Assembly: GCA_012026655.1 (NCBI GenBank)
Contig: JAAILG010000911.1
Span: 1-64,000, forward strand
Length of the DNA stretch: 64,000 bases
DNA from: Hydrolagus affinis
Lineage: Eukaryota
Direction: 5' to 3'
The notes beneath the pieces are model-generated. The model ran no database searches. It was not told the DNA's origin and saw only the letters and a list, made by a program, of their open reading frames with translations. Every line of letters starts with the position of its first letter. Position 1 is the first letter of the stretch. The translations under genes and the position numbers were made by a program. Shown here in pieces: positions 49,894 to 63,132 of the stretch.

Positions 49894-51879
49894 GCAGAGA
49901 ATATATTCATGCCATGCAGTCTTCTAAATACAGGCAGGCATTAGCTCATTTATGTACTAATGCACATAATTTAGCTTCTGAAAAGGGCAGAAATGGGAAA
50001 TGGGAATGCTTTAATATATAATAGATACTTTGTAATACAAGTTCACTGAATATTAGATTTATAGAAGATGAATATTGCTTTATGTTAGTTTTTTTGAAAA
50101 AAAATACAAAAATATCTAATTTTGTAAAACCTGCAATGTACTTATAATGAAGTAAGACAACCTTGCAATACTGGGCCACTGGTGAGTAGCTGTATTCTTA
50201 CAATCAGACACACGAATAACATTATTCCAAATCATTGAATCTTGAATTGCAATGTGGAACCTGTGCAACCTTAATGTTTTAACAAGCTCTTGCATGTACA
50301 GTATATGGTACATTTTTGAAGAAAGTGGTATGGTGCACATATTCTTCTGTTCTCTGATGTGGAGCATTTCCTGCTCTCACAGTGGCCTGCAGTGTTAATT
50401 ACCAGCAAGCAATGAACTTTAAGTGTGCAATTTCGGCATTCCTGAATCTCCCGCTCCTTGAGGTTTTATAAAGTCAAACCTCTTAACCTTTAGATCTAGA
50501 CAATATATAAAGTTAATGTTTCTCTTTCGGAGGAGCAAAGTTTTCCTGAAACATTACTGTTTCACTGGCGGTCTCGATCCGTTTTCTTTGCTATGTAGCT
50601 AAGCTATGATTTTTTTTCTAAAATTGATGTGCTCAATTGAGCTCCCAATTTTGGAAATCTACACAACCCTCCTGACTTTAACTTTAACTACCTGTGGACT
50701 TTTATTAGCTATTCATTCACCACATGTACTCAATACAGTAGATTTGGTGGTACGGTAGCAGATTTACAAGCAAAGCTATATAAACCTGTGAGATTGATTG
50801 GTATCTTAATGTGCACCTCCCAGCGTTCTTTTTTTAGAGAAAACTAACAATCCTTCATTTCTTTAATGCTAAATCTGGCCAGTTATATACACAGTACTGC
50901 TACATACTGTAGTGTTTGGTCATTCCTATTCAATTTGGTCAATAATATGTCTTATTGAAAACAATAATATGCTAATAATAGTTTGTTTGCTGTTATATCT
51001 CTTTTTTTAATATAGAACAGGAAAGTTCCTCTTTGTGCGTTTCACTGTTCTGATCACAAGAGAAGTTCATGTGAAGAAGACCTTTTGTGCCATTTAATTT
51101 GATCCTTCCAGGATACCCACCCTACCATTTTCCCACTATTGTTTCTTCTAAGAGTCTAACATAGTAGCGCCTACCATGCTTTCCTGGTAAATAAATAGAT
51201 GCCTCATTTACAAGGCAGAAGAACCCTGTGATGCCTTATAGTTCTATCCTTTAACTTGAATGCAGAAAATTAGCAAGAGAAAAAGTGTTATTGGCCTGTG
51301 CATTTTCATCAATTAAGGAATATCCTAAAATAATAGAATTAATTTAACTAGGGATCACTAATATATGCCTTTGTTATTGAATGATTTTTTAGGGAAATCA
51401 GGTAGACCGCAGATAGCTGCATTTGGATCTGTTCCAGTGACATTCTTCAAACACCTGCATAATTCTACGCCTTAATGGAATACAAAATTTAAGGACACAG
51501 GTAGTTAGAAAACTGCCATTTCTCATGCATTGGAGTTCTAGTATAATTACTGGTACAGAGCCCAGCTGCAAAACAGAGACAAACAGAGTAGATGATATCA
51601 CTGCTCCAATGAAGGTGCCACATTTTCCAACTCAAACCAAAACCCACTGTACCATTTTTACAGCTGGATTGGATATCAAGTGCAGGACTCAAAAAATACT
51701 GTCACGCAATTCCTGCATAAGCATGCAGTCTAGAAGTTTAACTCTATATGAAATTATAACTAGTGATCATGTGCAAAATGTGCTTTACCATCCTTTAATC
51801 CATACAATGAGCAAGAAACAAAGGGTATTGAATGACTGTAGTATCATCTGTTGCCCATGTATGTGCCAATATGTTTGGC

Positions 51880-52286
51880 GGCTATTCTCATCCTCATGCT
51901 CGTACAAGATCCTCATGTTTGCATTTAAATCCCTCCACTCCTCTGCACCTCTCTGACTTCCTCTCTCCTCCCAACAGTAATTGTTGCCTTCGCTCCTCTG
52001 GGTCTGGCCTCCACCTTGTTCCCTGAATCCTCCGCTCCACCATCGGCAGTCGTGCCTTCAGCCATAACGCCCCGAGGCTCTGGAACTCCCTTCCTCACGC
52101 CCTTCACCTCGCCCCCTCCTTTCCTATTTTCAGATCTCGGCTAAAGACCTTTCTTTTCGACTGCGCTTTTTGGTCACCTTCTTCCCCCTCCCCCTGGCTT
52201 GGCCCAGGATCCGTTATTGGGAAGCGCTCTAAGACGCCGATCTGTGTGGAGGGCGCTATATAAATCCATGTTGTTGTTGTTGTTGT
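51880..52286 (+). mobile_element. L2-clade LINE 3' end, second subfamily
   Basis: YKILMFAFKSLH, LRSSGSG, IGSRAFSHNAPRLWNSLP, FRSRLKTFLF; distinct tail AAGCGCTCTAAGACGCCGATCTGTGTGGAGGGCGCTATATAAATCCAT(GTT)n; similar short tails at ~44335-44392 and ~54110-54170. Confidence 0.88.
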
Positions 52287-53739
52287 ATTCTGTACCTTGT
52301 ACATGTGTGACTCTATCATGTGGCACAAATGAACAAGAGGAATAACAATGTGACATTGTATTCTCCCTGATTTTATAGTTTGCCCTAATGTCACATTATT
52401 ATTCCTTGTGTTCATTTGTGCCATGGCGCCTTGGGACGGCCTCCTGACGTGAAAGACACTTTACAAGTATAATTCAGTTGTTGTTGTGACAGATAGGATT
52501 TAGGCTGGAATTTGAACTCGTATCCTCCCTAACTTCTGTGGTGTCAATATGTGGAGTACAGATCCCTCTAGTTACTGAGATAATCGATTTACTGAACTGC
52601 GTTACAGTTAATTGTTAAGAACAGTTTTTCTTCACTTTCCAACCATAGGGCATCAGATTCCGCTTTCTGGTTCATTTGCAATATTTAGACACATTCATTT
52701 GAGATTGCCACATGGCATTCGGTGAAGTGCACTACAAAGATGGCAATAAACAATGTAATGACACGCGAGCAAAAAGATGCTACTCCTACAATAACGGCAC
52801 ATAGAAAGACACAGTGATAATTTGGATTCAATAAACCAGACTGTTTTTCCAAAAATGCATTGCTGAGAAATCCAATACTTAATTAATTACATTTTAGATT
52901 GTAAATTATGGAAGTGGGACTGGAAACAGCTTTTTGAAATCGTATTTCACCTCAAGTGAAGTTGGTTGTGGAGCTGCTCTGCTTGATGAGATATGTAAGT
53001 TCCGCCAAGCTGCTGTGGAAATATCCCAGACTCTCTTTCCTCTACAGACCTTGTTATATTATCCAGTCTTTTTAATTCACCATAAATGCTCCAATCAAAC
53101 TTTGAAAGCAATTTGAATGTTTACAGTAAGGCAAGATTTAGATGAATGACATTTTGTGATGTGCTCTTATTACTGGGGGTGGGATTTGGGGCTGGGGGGT
53201 ATGTGTTTCGTTTCTGTTACCTCTTCAATGGGTCCCTTCAGCTCCACCACTGGAACCTGTGCCTCTTCATTCTGCCTTTGTAAAAATGTGTACCAGAGGA
53301 TCTATCAATTCCCCACACTGAGTCTTCTGTGCGGTAGATTTTTAAATAGTTTTGTGCCACATCACCAAAGTCTTTCTAAGTATCCAAAATGACTTGACAG
53401 AGCAGCACGTGTTTGAAATTGATTGTGCTCGTGAGATTGTTTTACGTGTTACATACAGATAACAGTCAGCCGAGCAGCAGCCACTGACAACAAAAGAACT
53501 GTGCTTTGACATTGTAGGGATTTCCACTATCTCCTGCATTCACAGTGGTGTAGGAGGTGAATCACTTTCACAGATAAGGGGTTCAATGGGATGATACAAA
53601 TTTATCAAAAAAGGTTCCTCATGAATGAAAATGACACGAGGGTAAAGATCCTTAATATCCCTCAATTACATTGAAAAGATGTAGGAACATTCATGCAGTT
53701 GAAGTTGAACTTTTCTTTAATGCAGCTCATCAAGACAAA

Positions 53740-55080
53740 CCTAGCAAAGAGGCTGCACTTAGTATTTAGCAGTGAGCTAGATATAAATTTGAAGGTTGGG
53801 AGTAATGTTATTAACAGTGATCATAGTGTGCTTAGATTCAATATTGTGGCATGTGCCACAGCAAGAGATGGGATTAATGTATCAGATTTCAGCAGAGAAA
53901 TTTAAGATCATGAAAAAAAACCTCGGAGGTTAGACAGGAAAATCATATTACAGGAGAAGGAAATGAGCAAAAATGGTTAGCCTTTGAGAATATGTCAGAA
54001 TGGTGACAATAAAGAAGATGTATAATGGAGAAGAATGAGGTTACTTACTTCACTGGATACTTCTGGAACAATTCTGGAGTGCTTAAATTAGCCTAGATCT
54101 AAGCAACTCACGAGCCCTCTAAGACACTGGCCAGCGTGGAGGGTGCTATAAAAATACAAGTTGTTGTTGCTGTAGATCTAAATTGTTACATAGGGAAGTT
54201 AGAGTAAGTATAATTGCAAATAAATATCGCTTTGCAAAGAAGAGAAATTGGAATGTGTATTGAAGAAGAGATGATGAAATGATAATCGAAAACAGCAAGA
54301 GAAAATTGGAAGAACAAAGTATAGTGAACGCTGTGGGATACAAAATAGATTATTTGGGTATATTCATAACATACAAAATGCGATGGAACAAGTGGGTCCT
54401 TTAAGGATGAATGAGGTGCAATATTGGAGAAGGCTAATGACATTGTGCAGCCTAGAACAATTAATACAGATTTCACTATTGAGAATATTGTGGTATTCTC
54501 AATCTAGGTAAATGAAGTACTTGAGGATGATTGGAGATCTGGCAGAAAACAGTGGTCAGGAATTAAATGACCATTAAGAACCCAGACTTGTTTGAAAGTT
54601 CATAAAATACAAAGCACAAATAGAATGCATCTGAGAGTATTAAAGCATATTAGAGTGGAAGTAAAAGGTGTTATGACAGAAATTGTGTAGAGATCATTAG
54701 ACACAGGAGTGAAGCCAGAAGCTGGGAAAATAGAAAATATGATTGCAATCTTAAAAATGGTCAGAATTATTATTCTGGGAATTATAGGTCTGTTTGCTTA
54801 ATATCGACAATAGTAAAAGTGTTGGAGTCCATCCAAGGGGAAGCAATTCAAAGCACCCAGTGAAAGTAAGGGTAATAAATCAACCCTTATATACATTAAT
54901 TAAAGGCAGGTCTTAGCCTGTATACTGACATTCTTTTAGGATGTTATTTTAGAAATCATTCTACAAGGTCCCTCCCAAGATACATAGGAAAACCCAAAGT
55001 ATCAGTTAACAAATTATAAAACTGAGTAACTTAAGTAATCACAGCAGGGTAGTTAGCAATGGTAATTGTATCTGCAACTG
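53740..55080 (+). mobile_element. Highly degraded CR1 ORF2 (end of endonuclease to start of RT)
   Basis: NSDHSVLRFNI (CR1 SDH motif); SLDTGVKPEAGKIENMIAI followed by GNYRSVCLISTIVKVLESI (cf. NYRPVSLTSVVGKLLESI); many stops and frameshifts. Confidence 0.72.
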
Positions 55081-57621
55081 TCAAACTCCTCTGCTTCAAA
55101 ATTAAAGCGATTAGCTTTCACGATAGACAAGTGGCAAGCTTTGATTTGACTGAACAAATGAAAAAGAAAGACATATTCTTACTTCAATAGAGGGATGTGT
55201 GCTTGGTGTTGATTTTGGTGGAAGGGGAATGACTTCTATAGGTGCTGAATATAGCTCTGAATAATTGATGGGGGTTGGTAGAATTTATTTTCTGAAATCC
55301 TAATTTCCCTTCCTATGAGACTCCCCTAATTCAATAAATCCATTGTCAGAAACGAAAAAGTAAACATTTGGATATTATGTGATATTGATACTGTCATATG
55401 GATGTATGTGCAATTTTCACTGGATCTTAGCATGACTCCTTCATAATCTTTCAGTCATCTAAAATGTTCAAATTTGAGAGGTACTGTATATGTCTGTAGT
55501 AATGACTGTATAGCAAGTAGTATTACCCATTAAGGCTTGTGATCTAAGTGACACTGTGGTTCACTTTATTTCTTTGTATATGATCAACTCTGCAGTAAGC
55601 ATCACAGTGTGATACCAAATTTTAGTGTCTTAGTGCTGTGACACAGGTACAAGCTTCTGAATTCTCAATTATAGCACAATAAGGCTGTACACTAGGAAAA
55701 ATAAAATTCTGATATCCATTTGTTGGATTTGGCCTCAATAGGGAAAGTACAACTTTAATGCATTCTTTTCTGGATCTTCTCCTGACAATTACTCATGTCA
55801 AATGAATTCCATGCTATGAAACCTCTGGAACCTCCTATGTGAAGAATGACAATTCTTCACATAGGAGCACAGGTGATGAGTTTCGATAGGCATTTTGGAT
55901 TTGGGAGGCATAATAACCATGCCCAATCTTTTCCTTATTGATATCCACATGCGTAAACTTTTTATCAGGAATCATTGCATAGTGAGAACGCTGATCTAAA
56001 AAGTCCTTTTGTTAGGTTTTAGAATACTGAAGCCAATTGCACCCACATAAATGGACACATGCAAACATACACACCATTCACTTTGAATTGGCTAATTCTG
56101 TACAATCCACGGATCACACCAGGAGATGTCCGAGAATCACATTCTGTGAGGAATTGTATGTGAGGAATTGAACCTAATTGGAACTGTGTTACATGACTTG
56201 TTTGTGAGTTTTAGAATTTTGTACACTTTGTTAAAAAAAAAATTCTGATCCTACATAACTGATTCCACTCATGCTAAAGAATGGAGGAATAAGCAAAATA
56301 TTCTGCTTCATAATTTTCATAGTAATCAACCTAGAATCCTCTCTAAAATTAAATTATTTTGAAGCTTATTTACGACTCTGTGGTTGCACACAGTAACATA
56401 CATATTACTGCATTTTTTATGGATTATAGAAAAAATTATCAACTAATTTGTATTAAATATTTGATCACTTCAAATGTTAATCCAAAGTAATTTAGTCAAA
56501 GACAAAATAAATGTGTCATACTCAGAATATTATATTCTTATGTACGATAGCTAGTGGCAAAACTTAATTACATACAAATTTATTACTTGTAAGAAAACAA
56601 CATTATTTATTACCAGCATTACATTTACAAAGACAGTTTTCTTACAGTGTTGGCATTTTATAAATACCTTCCACAACCATCGTTGATATCACCTGCAAAA
56701 TATTGAATTTGATATGAAAAAGCTTAGATTAATAATCAGAAAGCATTATATATTCCGTTTGTTTAGCTTCAATGTATTTTTCTTACTGCCCATTAAATAG
56801 AAATGAAAGGCATAAACTGGGGGTCCTACTGTGGAAAGGGAAAGTGGTCAAAACATTACGTGCGATTGGACAAGATTCATGAGCCACATTAAAAAATTCA
56901 AGTTGGGGTTCCTGCAATTGTACCACTGTAGCTAAAATCCCAGCGTCATTTCTTTTCACATTTGAAAATAGATCATCAAACACAGGTGTGCAGCATCTCC
57001 TGGCTATTGGTGCTCAGTAGCAGGTTTAATTATAGAGGAGATAGCAGTGGGTAGTGATATAGTCTGGCACAAGAAATATAATTTTGAATGGTGGCTGCTG
57101 TGAGCTATTTCTTTTGATTCCCTTCCATGTTATATTTATTGTAAATTCACATTAGAATTATCGATGTACTACGATAGTTACTGTAACTACATGTATCTAT
57201 CCCACATCAATGACGAGCTCACTATCAAATCCTTTGTGCTTTTTTTTACCTGGTCATGAAACAATGAGACAGAAAAGCTACTTCTTTTGGATATTAAATA
57301 TTTCTCTTCTGACATTATTTGTCAGCTTGACATGTGTCTTCGGGCTTTCATTTGGACTGAGCCTTAACAGCTTTTGTCAAGTTTTTGAACTCATCTTGAA
57401 CGAGGTCAGTTGCCATATCAGTGTCAATCCACTTGAAAGCAATTTACATTATCTGACAAGCCCATTTACCTCCCATACCTTCTTAACTGTGGATTTGCAC
57501 ACAGCTGCAGCAAAAGCGCAACTGGCAAAACCTCCTGTGCTGTTATATGGATATTAGAGTTCCGTATAAATTAGTGATTAATTATCAGCAGAATAATTAA
57601 TTTTTCTTTTGATTCCCTTCC

Positions 57622-57692
57622 ATGTGAAGCTCTTCGAGACGTCTTGATGCCATGATAAGGTGCTATATCAAATGCGAGGATTATTATCATTA
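57622..57692 (+). mobile_element. Young SINE tail
   Basis: TGTGAAGCTCTTCGAGACGTCTTG...GATAAGGTGCTATATCAAATGCGAGGATTATTA. Confidence 0.8.
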
Positions 57693-57797
57693 TAGATACA
57701 ATACCATTACAAACTAGTGAGAATAAATCCTTCAAGTGGTAAGTTTTTTGAAAAAACATAGTACCTAATGATGATAGGCAGAAAAAACTGCACGTGT

Positions 57798-58106
57798 TAA
57801 TAATAATAATCCTTGCATTTGATATAATGCTTTGCACATCTTCTCAACATCTCAAAGGGCTTCACAGAAAAAATTGTAAAGTGAATTGACTGTATTTTGT
57901 GGGCGAAATGCAGCAGCCAATTGTGCACAGCAGTGTCCCATGAACAGTCATAGGTTGAAAATGACCAATTTATTATTTTTTTTGAGAGATTATGATTAGG
58001 CATATGGAATAAGGAAACTTGCCCATGGTTTCATCCTGCCTAGAATTGAACCTAGATCTCTCGCTTGTACGTCGAGGGCTCTAACCATTGAGCTACAGGA
58101 CTCTCC
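57798..58106 (-). mobile_element. Young tRNA-derived SINE, full length (~310 bp)
   Basis: Reverse strand: A box TAGCTCAATGG, B box GGTTCAATTC, ATGGGCAAGTTTCCTTA block, Deu-like segment, L2-like tail ending (ATT)n. Confidence 0.9.
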
Positions 58107-61100
58107 AAAGACAATCACCCCAGATGGGGCACAAACCCACAATCCCTGATTTAGGAAGATTTGTGCAACATTTTAATGTTTACTTCCTCAATAAAGCAAA
58201 TATTAAAGTCGGGCTAAACTATCATTGTGATATATTTTGACAGTTATTGCCAAATTATTATCTTCTGAGGATGCAACGATTAATAGTTTACAGTAAGAAT
58301 GGTGTGTAGTGTCACTTCCGTTATGCTTCATGTACTAAATACAAACCAACATCCACGACCGAGTGCTGTGAGTCAGCAGTGTGGAAGTGCAATGCCAGTT
58401 CTACATCTTGCTATCCTTAAACAGAGCAGAGCACTGCACATGCCAACTTTATCAAGTTAAAATCCTATTTCAATGAAAGCTACCGAGATTGGGAGACTAT
58501 CACATAATGTATCTCACTTTATAATTTACCAGCAATGCACTCCAGATTTGCACTCAATAAATCTGTGGTGATTGTGTTATAGTCCTTAAGTTTCAGTGCG
58601 AATGTCATTACACATCAGCAACATGCAACACACTGGTTGTCCGCTGTGACAGTCATTGTCAGCAAAGACCACCCTCATTAACTTCACAGTATACATTAGA
58701 GAAACCTATTCGTACTGTGGAGTGTGTTCAAAGCTGTAATTGCATCGCAGGGTTCAGATGCTGATTATACACCACTCAAGCTTCACTATCACATTTTATG
58801 ATGTCACCTGAGCCCCTTGATGAGATTATACTATTATAACTTGAAATCACTCCCAAGTGTATACTGTCCCTGTATACTATATATACAGTGTATACTAAAT
58901 ATTCACATTGATTTTGAGTTCAGACTTGGTTGAAGCCGGGTAATGTTGACCGACGTTTTGAATTTTTTTTTATTGTTGAAGACCCACGGACAGTAAGTTG
59001 GACAAAACTTGATTTAGGTCTTTGAGAAATTATTGTGTTAGGATAAGTGGGATCTCCATTAGAGTTAAATTGGTCCTGCGTAGTTTAGGCATGGACGATG
59101 CAGGTGGAACAGAGAGGTTTAGGAGGTAAGAATATCAGTCCTGGACAACTTTAAACTTGAAACAGATTATTCCTTTTTGACTCCAGTAACTGCTGACACA
59201 GTATATAAAATACAAAGGTTATTAAGGATTTTTATTATGTTGAAAACATCTTGACTCATTAAGGACATCACTTTGCTCTGTTAGATGGTTCCTCAAAATC
59301 CAAAGCAAATGAACATTGGAGATCAGACCAACCAAATGCACAGTGAAAGTCCCCACTATCTGCGAGTTGAGCCATTTCCAGTTACCAGCGAAACGTAAAC
59401 TCCAGCCCATGTACTTCAATTTGCAGCTTTCATAATAAACTGTTTCTGTTCTGAAATAGATGCAAACAAAACCTTTCAATGCATTTCTAACACAAAATAT
59501 TTTAACCTGGTTGTGAAATCGTGTGAATTCATGTAATGTTTCTTAATTTACAGTATTTTCTAACTAAGCTAAATCAATTATAACATTTGGATGCATATGG
59601 GTTTCAAAAACAGTATAATTATAAAGTACTGTGAATTTCTAATAGATTCATGAACCACCTTACCTTTTTCCTTGTTTATTTTTTACAATGTAATTAAAGG
59701 CCCAATAAATTGTTCTAGTTATATAATACATGTCATTCAGATATTATTAATAAACTATGTACGGTATTGTGCTGCTGAAATTGCCACATAGTTAAGTACA
59801 GTTAGGATGTGAAATTGCATAAAACTAAAACTGGGAGACATCCTCAAAACTACTGATAAGTATTTGAAAGGTAAGTGCAAAGAAAAATGATGTGCCTCAA
59901 CTATTGAAATGAAAGTATATAATGTATAAGATTCTATGAATAACTTCAATGTTACAATTAGTGTAAACAGTTATACAGTGTGGTATGTAAATATCACAAG
60001 CAGAAAATATAACGTTCACTTGAATTTGAATTTACTGAGAGATACTGAAGAAGTATAAAATGGGGGAGTCCTCTTACATTTGGGAAGTTATTATGACATT
60101 ATTTATAATGTTTAACTTGTTTGATGATAAAGCACTCAGAATGGAATCACTGTACGTTGTAAATGATAAATAAAATTCCTATATAATAGTGTTTTCACAT
60201 CACAGTGTTGCTTGAACATTCTACATTGATAGGAAATGGTTTGTATAAATATATACTATTATATTTATTGCCAATTTTAACTAACCTATTTCTGATAATC
60301 CTATATTTTCAGGGTGGCTAATGGTATTGATATGGCAGCTTCTGACCTCAGTAACTGAAGTCTCTCTGTCTCTTTTATATACAGTATATGGTGGCTTATA
60401 ACAACAGGTTTCAGACAGAAGCAATTGTAAAATGAACTGATGTCTTGATGTCTGATGAACTTTACCCGGGGACCATTGAGAGACTTTACAAACTGTACTG
60501 TGATACCGGGCAAATCACCGATTTTCACAGACTAATAGCTGCTATTGATAGTTGTTAAATCAGCATTTAACTTCTGCACAGAAGCAACAGAATTGATATT
60601 ACCTGGGAGATAAATCTATGCAGTTTTCAAGCACTTGTTTCTGCTTGAAGTAGTGACCTGTTAAATTGCTGTTAAATTGGGCTACACCCAAATGTTGGTT
60701 CCTGAAGTGCGTCGGGTTCCCTCACTGTTGTGAAGACTAATATAACCGGCATGCCTCGCCTTTAGGTAAATTGTAAATGTATGTTTCATGTATGTAAATG
60801 TATGTACATTTGCAGTGGAATGAAAAATGCTGTGGAACACAGTAAATATTGGGTGTAATTAATCCTGAAGTGTGGAATGTACAAGGCATTATCCAATTAC
60901 ATATATTTTGTAAATGAACGGACTTAAATCTTCTCTTCCTCTTTCTCTCTTACATGTTTTACATTCTTAACAATCTCCTCATCATCCATTGAGAAAACTT
61001 TGGAGGTGGAGGATGTCTCTGAAGTATGACAGAAAACGGTCTTATTACTTGAGATCAAATGCCTGACCATCCTTTCCATGTTGTCCCAGTCCCTCTTGCT

Positions 61101-61494
61101 CATGCCTTTTCTTGTGGAAGATGGCAACTGTTTGATAGACTATCTGTGTTTGACCTTCGCAATGCACTGCCAGGGTTGCCACACGTTTGTGTGTGAACCA
61201 AAGATAACCTCACATCATTTGAAAACCTCATTAGCCAACAAACTCTACTGAAGTGTCTGATACATGATTTGGGTCATTTATTTGACCCATTTCACAGCCT
61301 TTACCACCAGTGGAAACAGCAGTCATCTTGTTTACAAAAGCCAAATGATTCCTTCCTTTCTTAGTTAAGATGATTAACTTGCCTGAATTCCACATCCATT
61401 AGTCTGAATGGCGAAGTTTGCCATTTATATTTCAGTGCTGAGGTAGGAGTATTACTGTCAAAACAAGCTGCCCAGGTAAATCCAGGATACTACT

Positions 61495-61794
61495 AATAAA
61501 AATTTGTCATTTCAATCCATGACTGTTTGTGGGACACTGCTGTGAGCCATTGGCTGCCATGTTTCTCCCACAAATATACTGTCAATTCACTTTAAGGTAT
61601 ATTCTGTGAAGCGCTTTGAGATGTCGATAAGATATGAAAAGGACTATATCAAAATGCAAGGATTATTTTTTATTATTTTTACTATTTACTCTGCTTGTTA
61701 AAACTCAGTTTTATCACAGTATATTCTGTGAAGTGTTTTGAGTCATCTCAATAGCTTGATAAGGCGCGATATCAAATGCAGGCATTATCATTAT
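61495..61794 (+). mobile_element. Young SINE 3' two-thirds followed by a second tail copy
   Basis: GTATATTCTGTGAAG...ATATCAAA(A)TGCA occurs at both ~61598-61660 and ~61719-61780. Confidence 0.82.
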
Positions 61795-62155
61795 GTTTGC
61801 GACCTCCTAACCCCTGCACCAGCCTGCACCCTCCATTCACTCAGTGGATTCTGGCCTGCTTCACATCCCCCACCTCTCCTGCCCCACTATTGGCAAATGA
61901 GCCTTCAGCCACTTTGCCCTCACCTTCTGGAACTTCATCCCGCAGTTCCTCCGCCTCATCCCCTCCCTTACCTCCTTCAAGACCCATCTCAAGATCCTCC
62001 TCTTCGACCATGGATTCAATCACCCTCCTTCTCCCACTGCTCTCCACATTTCCCGAACCAAACCCCAGCTTGGGTCCGAAACATTGTTTGTCCCTCACCT
62101 TGGGATGTCCTCCAGACGTGAAAGGCACTGTACAAATATAATTTTATTGTGTTAT
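61795..62155 (+). mobile_element. L2-clade LINE 3' end
   Basis: Same 3'UTR (CCCAGCTTGGGTCCGAAACATTG) and tail CCTTGGGATGTCCTCCAGACGTGAAAGGCACT as the other L2 copies. Confidence 0.87.
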
Positions 62156-62961
62156 TATTTATTGTCAGATTTATTTGGAAAAGAGATTATTGTTTTTAAA
62201 CCTGCAACTCTTTTTAGCTTGGAGGCATTCTATTCCTAATTATATATTTATAACAATGCAAGATGTTTAATGAAACAGATATAATTAGTGTTTGTGTAGG
62301 ATATAGTATATGATAGTTATAACCAATGATAATTAACACGTCACATCCATTCCAGCAATGTTTCATACTCTTAACAGCATGTATACAACTGATTGTTACT
62401 ACAACCATCTATAGGCTGGAATAGTTTCAGCTGCGGAAACATAAAAGCTGCAATGACGTCCAAGAAGTCTCAACCTCGCTGACATTTGTTTGTTCAAATC
62501 ATTTGTTCTGCTTCTCTTCTCACTGTGATGTTTCAGAACTATATTACTTGCCGTTTCCAATTATGTCTATTTAAATTATATCTCTGTGCCTGTGCTGGAT
62601 TTTTTTTTATATATTGTACTAAGAGGTAATGAAAACTTCCAAGCCTGAGGAATATTGTGGAAACAGCCTCCCAGAAATGCTTGCTAATGTGTTTTTTTTT
62701 CCAGTCCATTCATTATTTTTTAAAAGGGAGAAGATGAGTATAGGAAACTGTGCTTTTAATCTAAAGTATTCTCACCATCCTGGCTGTGCAGAGAAATAGC
62801 GTAGTCCCCAACTAGATGAGATGCTGATTTGCTTCATCTGTCTTGTTCCTGCACCTTGTTCCCTATGTACTGGCACTGTCTGCATATTGGCTCTGTTGGA
62901 AATAACTCAGATCTGAACCACTTACAGAGAGGTATTGATAGTTACTGGACAAGGACTACAT

Positions 62962-63132
62962 TATATAATCCTTGCATTTGATATAGTGCCTCATCGCATT
63001 CTTAATATGTCTCAGAGTGCATCACAGAATATATTGCCAAGCGAATTGACTATATTTTGTGGGCAAAACGCGGCAGCCAATTGGGCACAGTGGAGTCCAA
63101 CAAACAGTCATGGATTGAGTGACCAAATTTTA
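62962..63132 (-). mobile_element. Young SINE 3' half
   Basis: AATCCTTGCATTTGATATAGTGCC...GTGGGCAAAACGCGGCAGCCAATTG. Confidence 0.82.
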
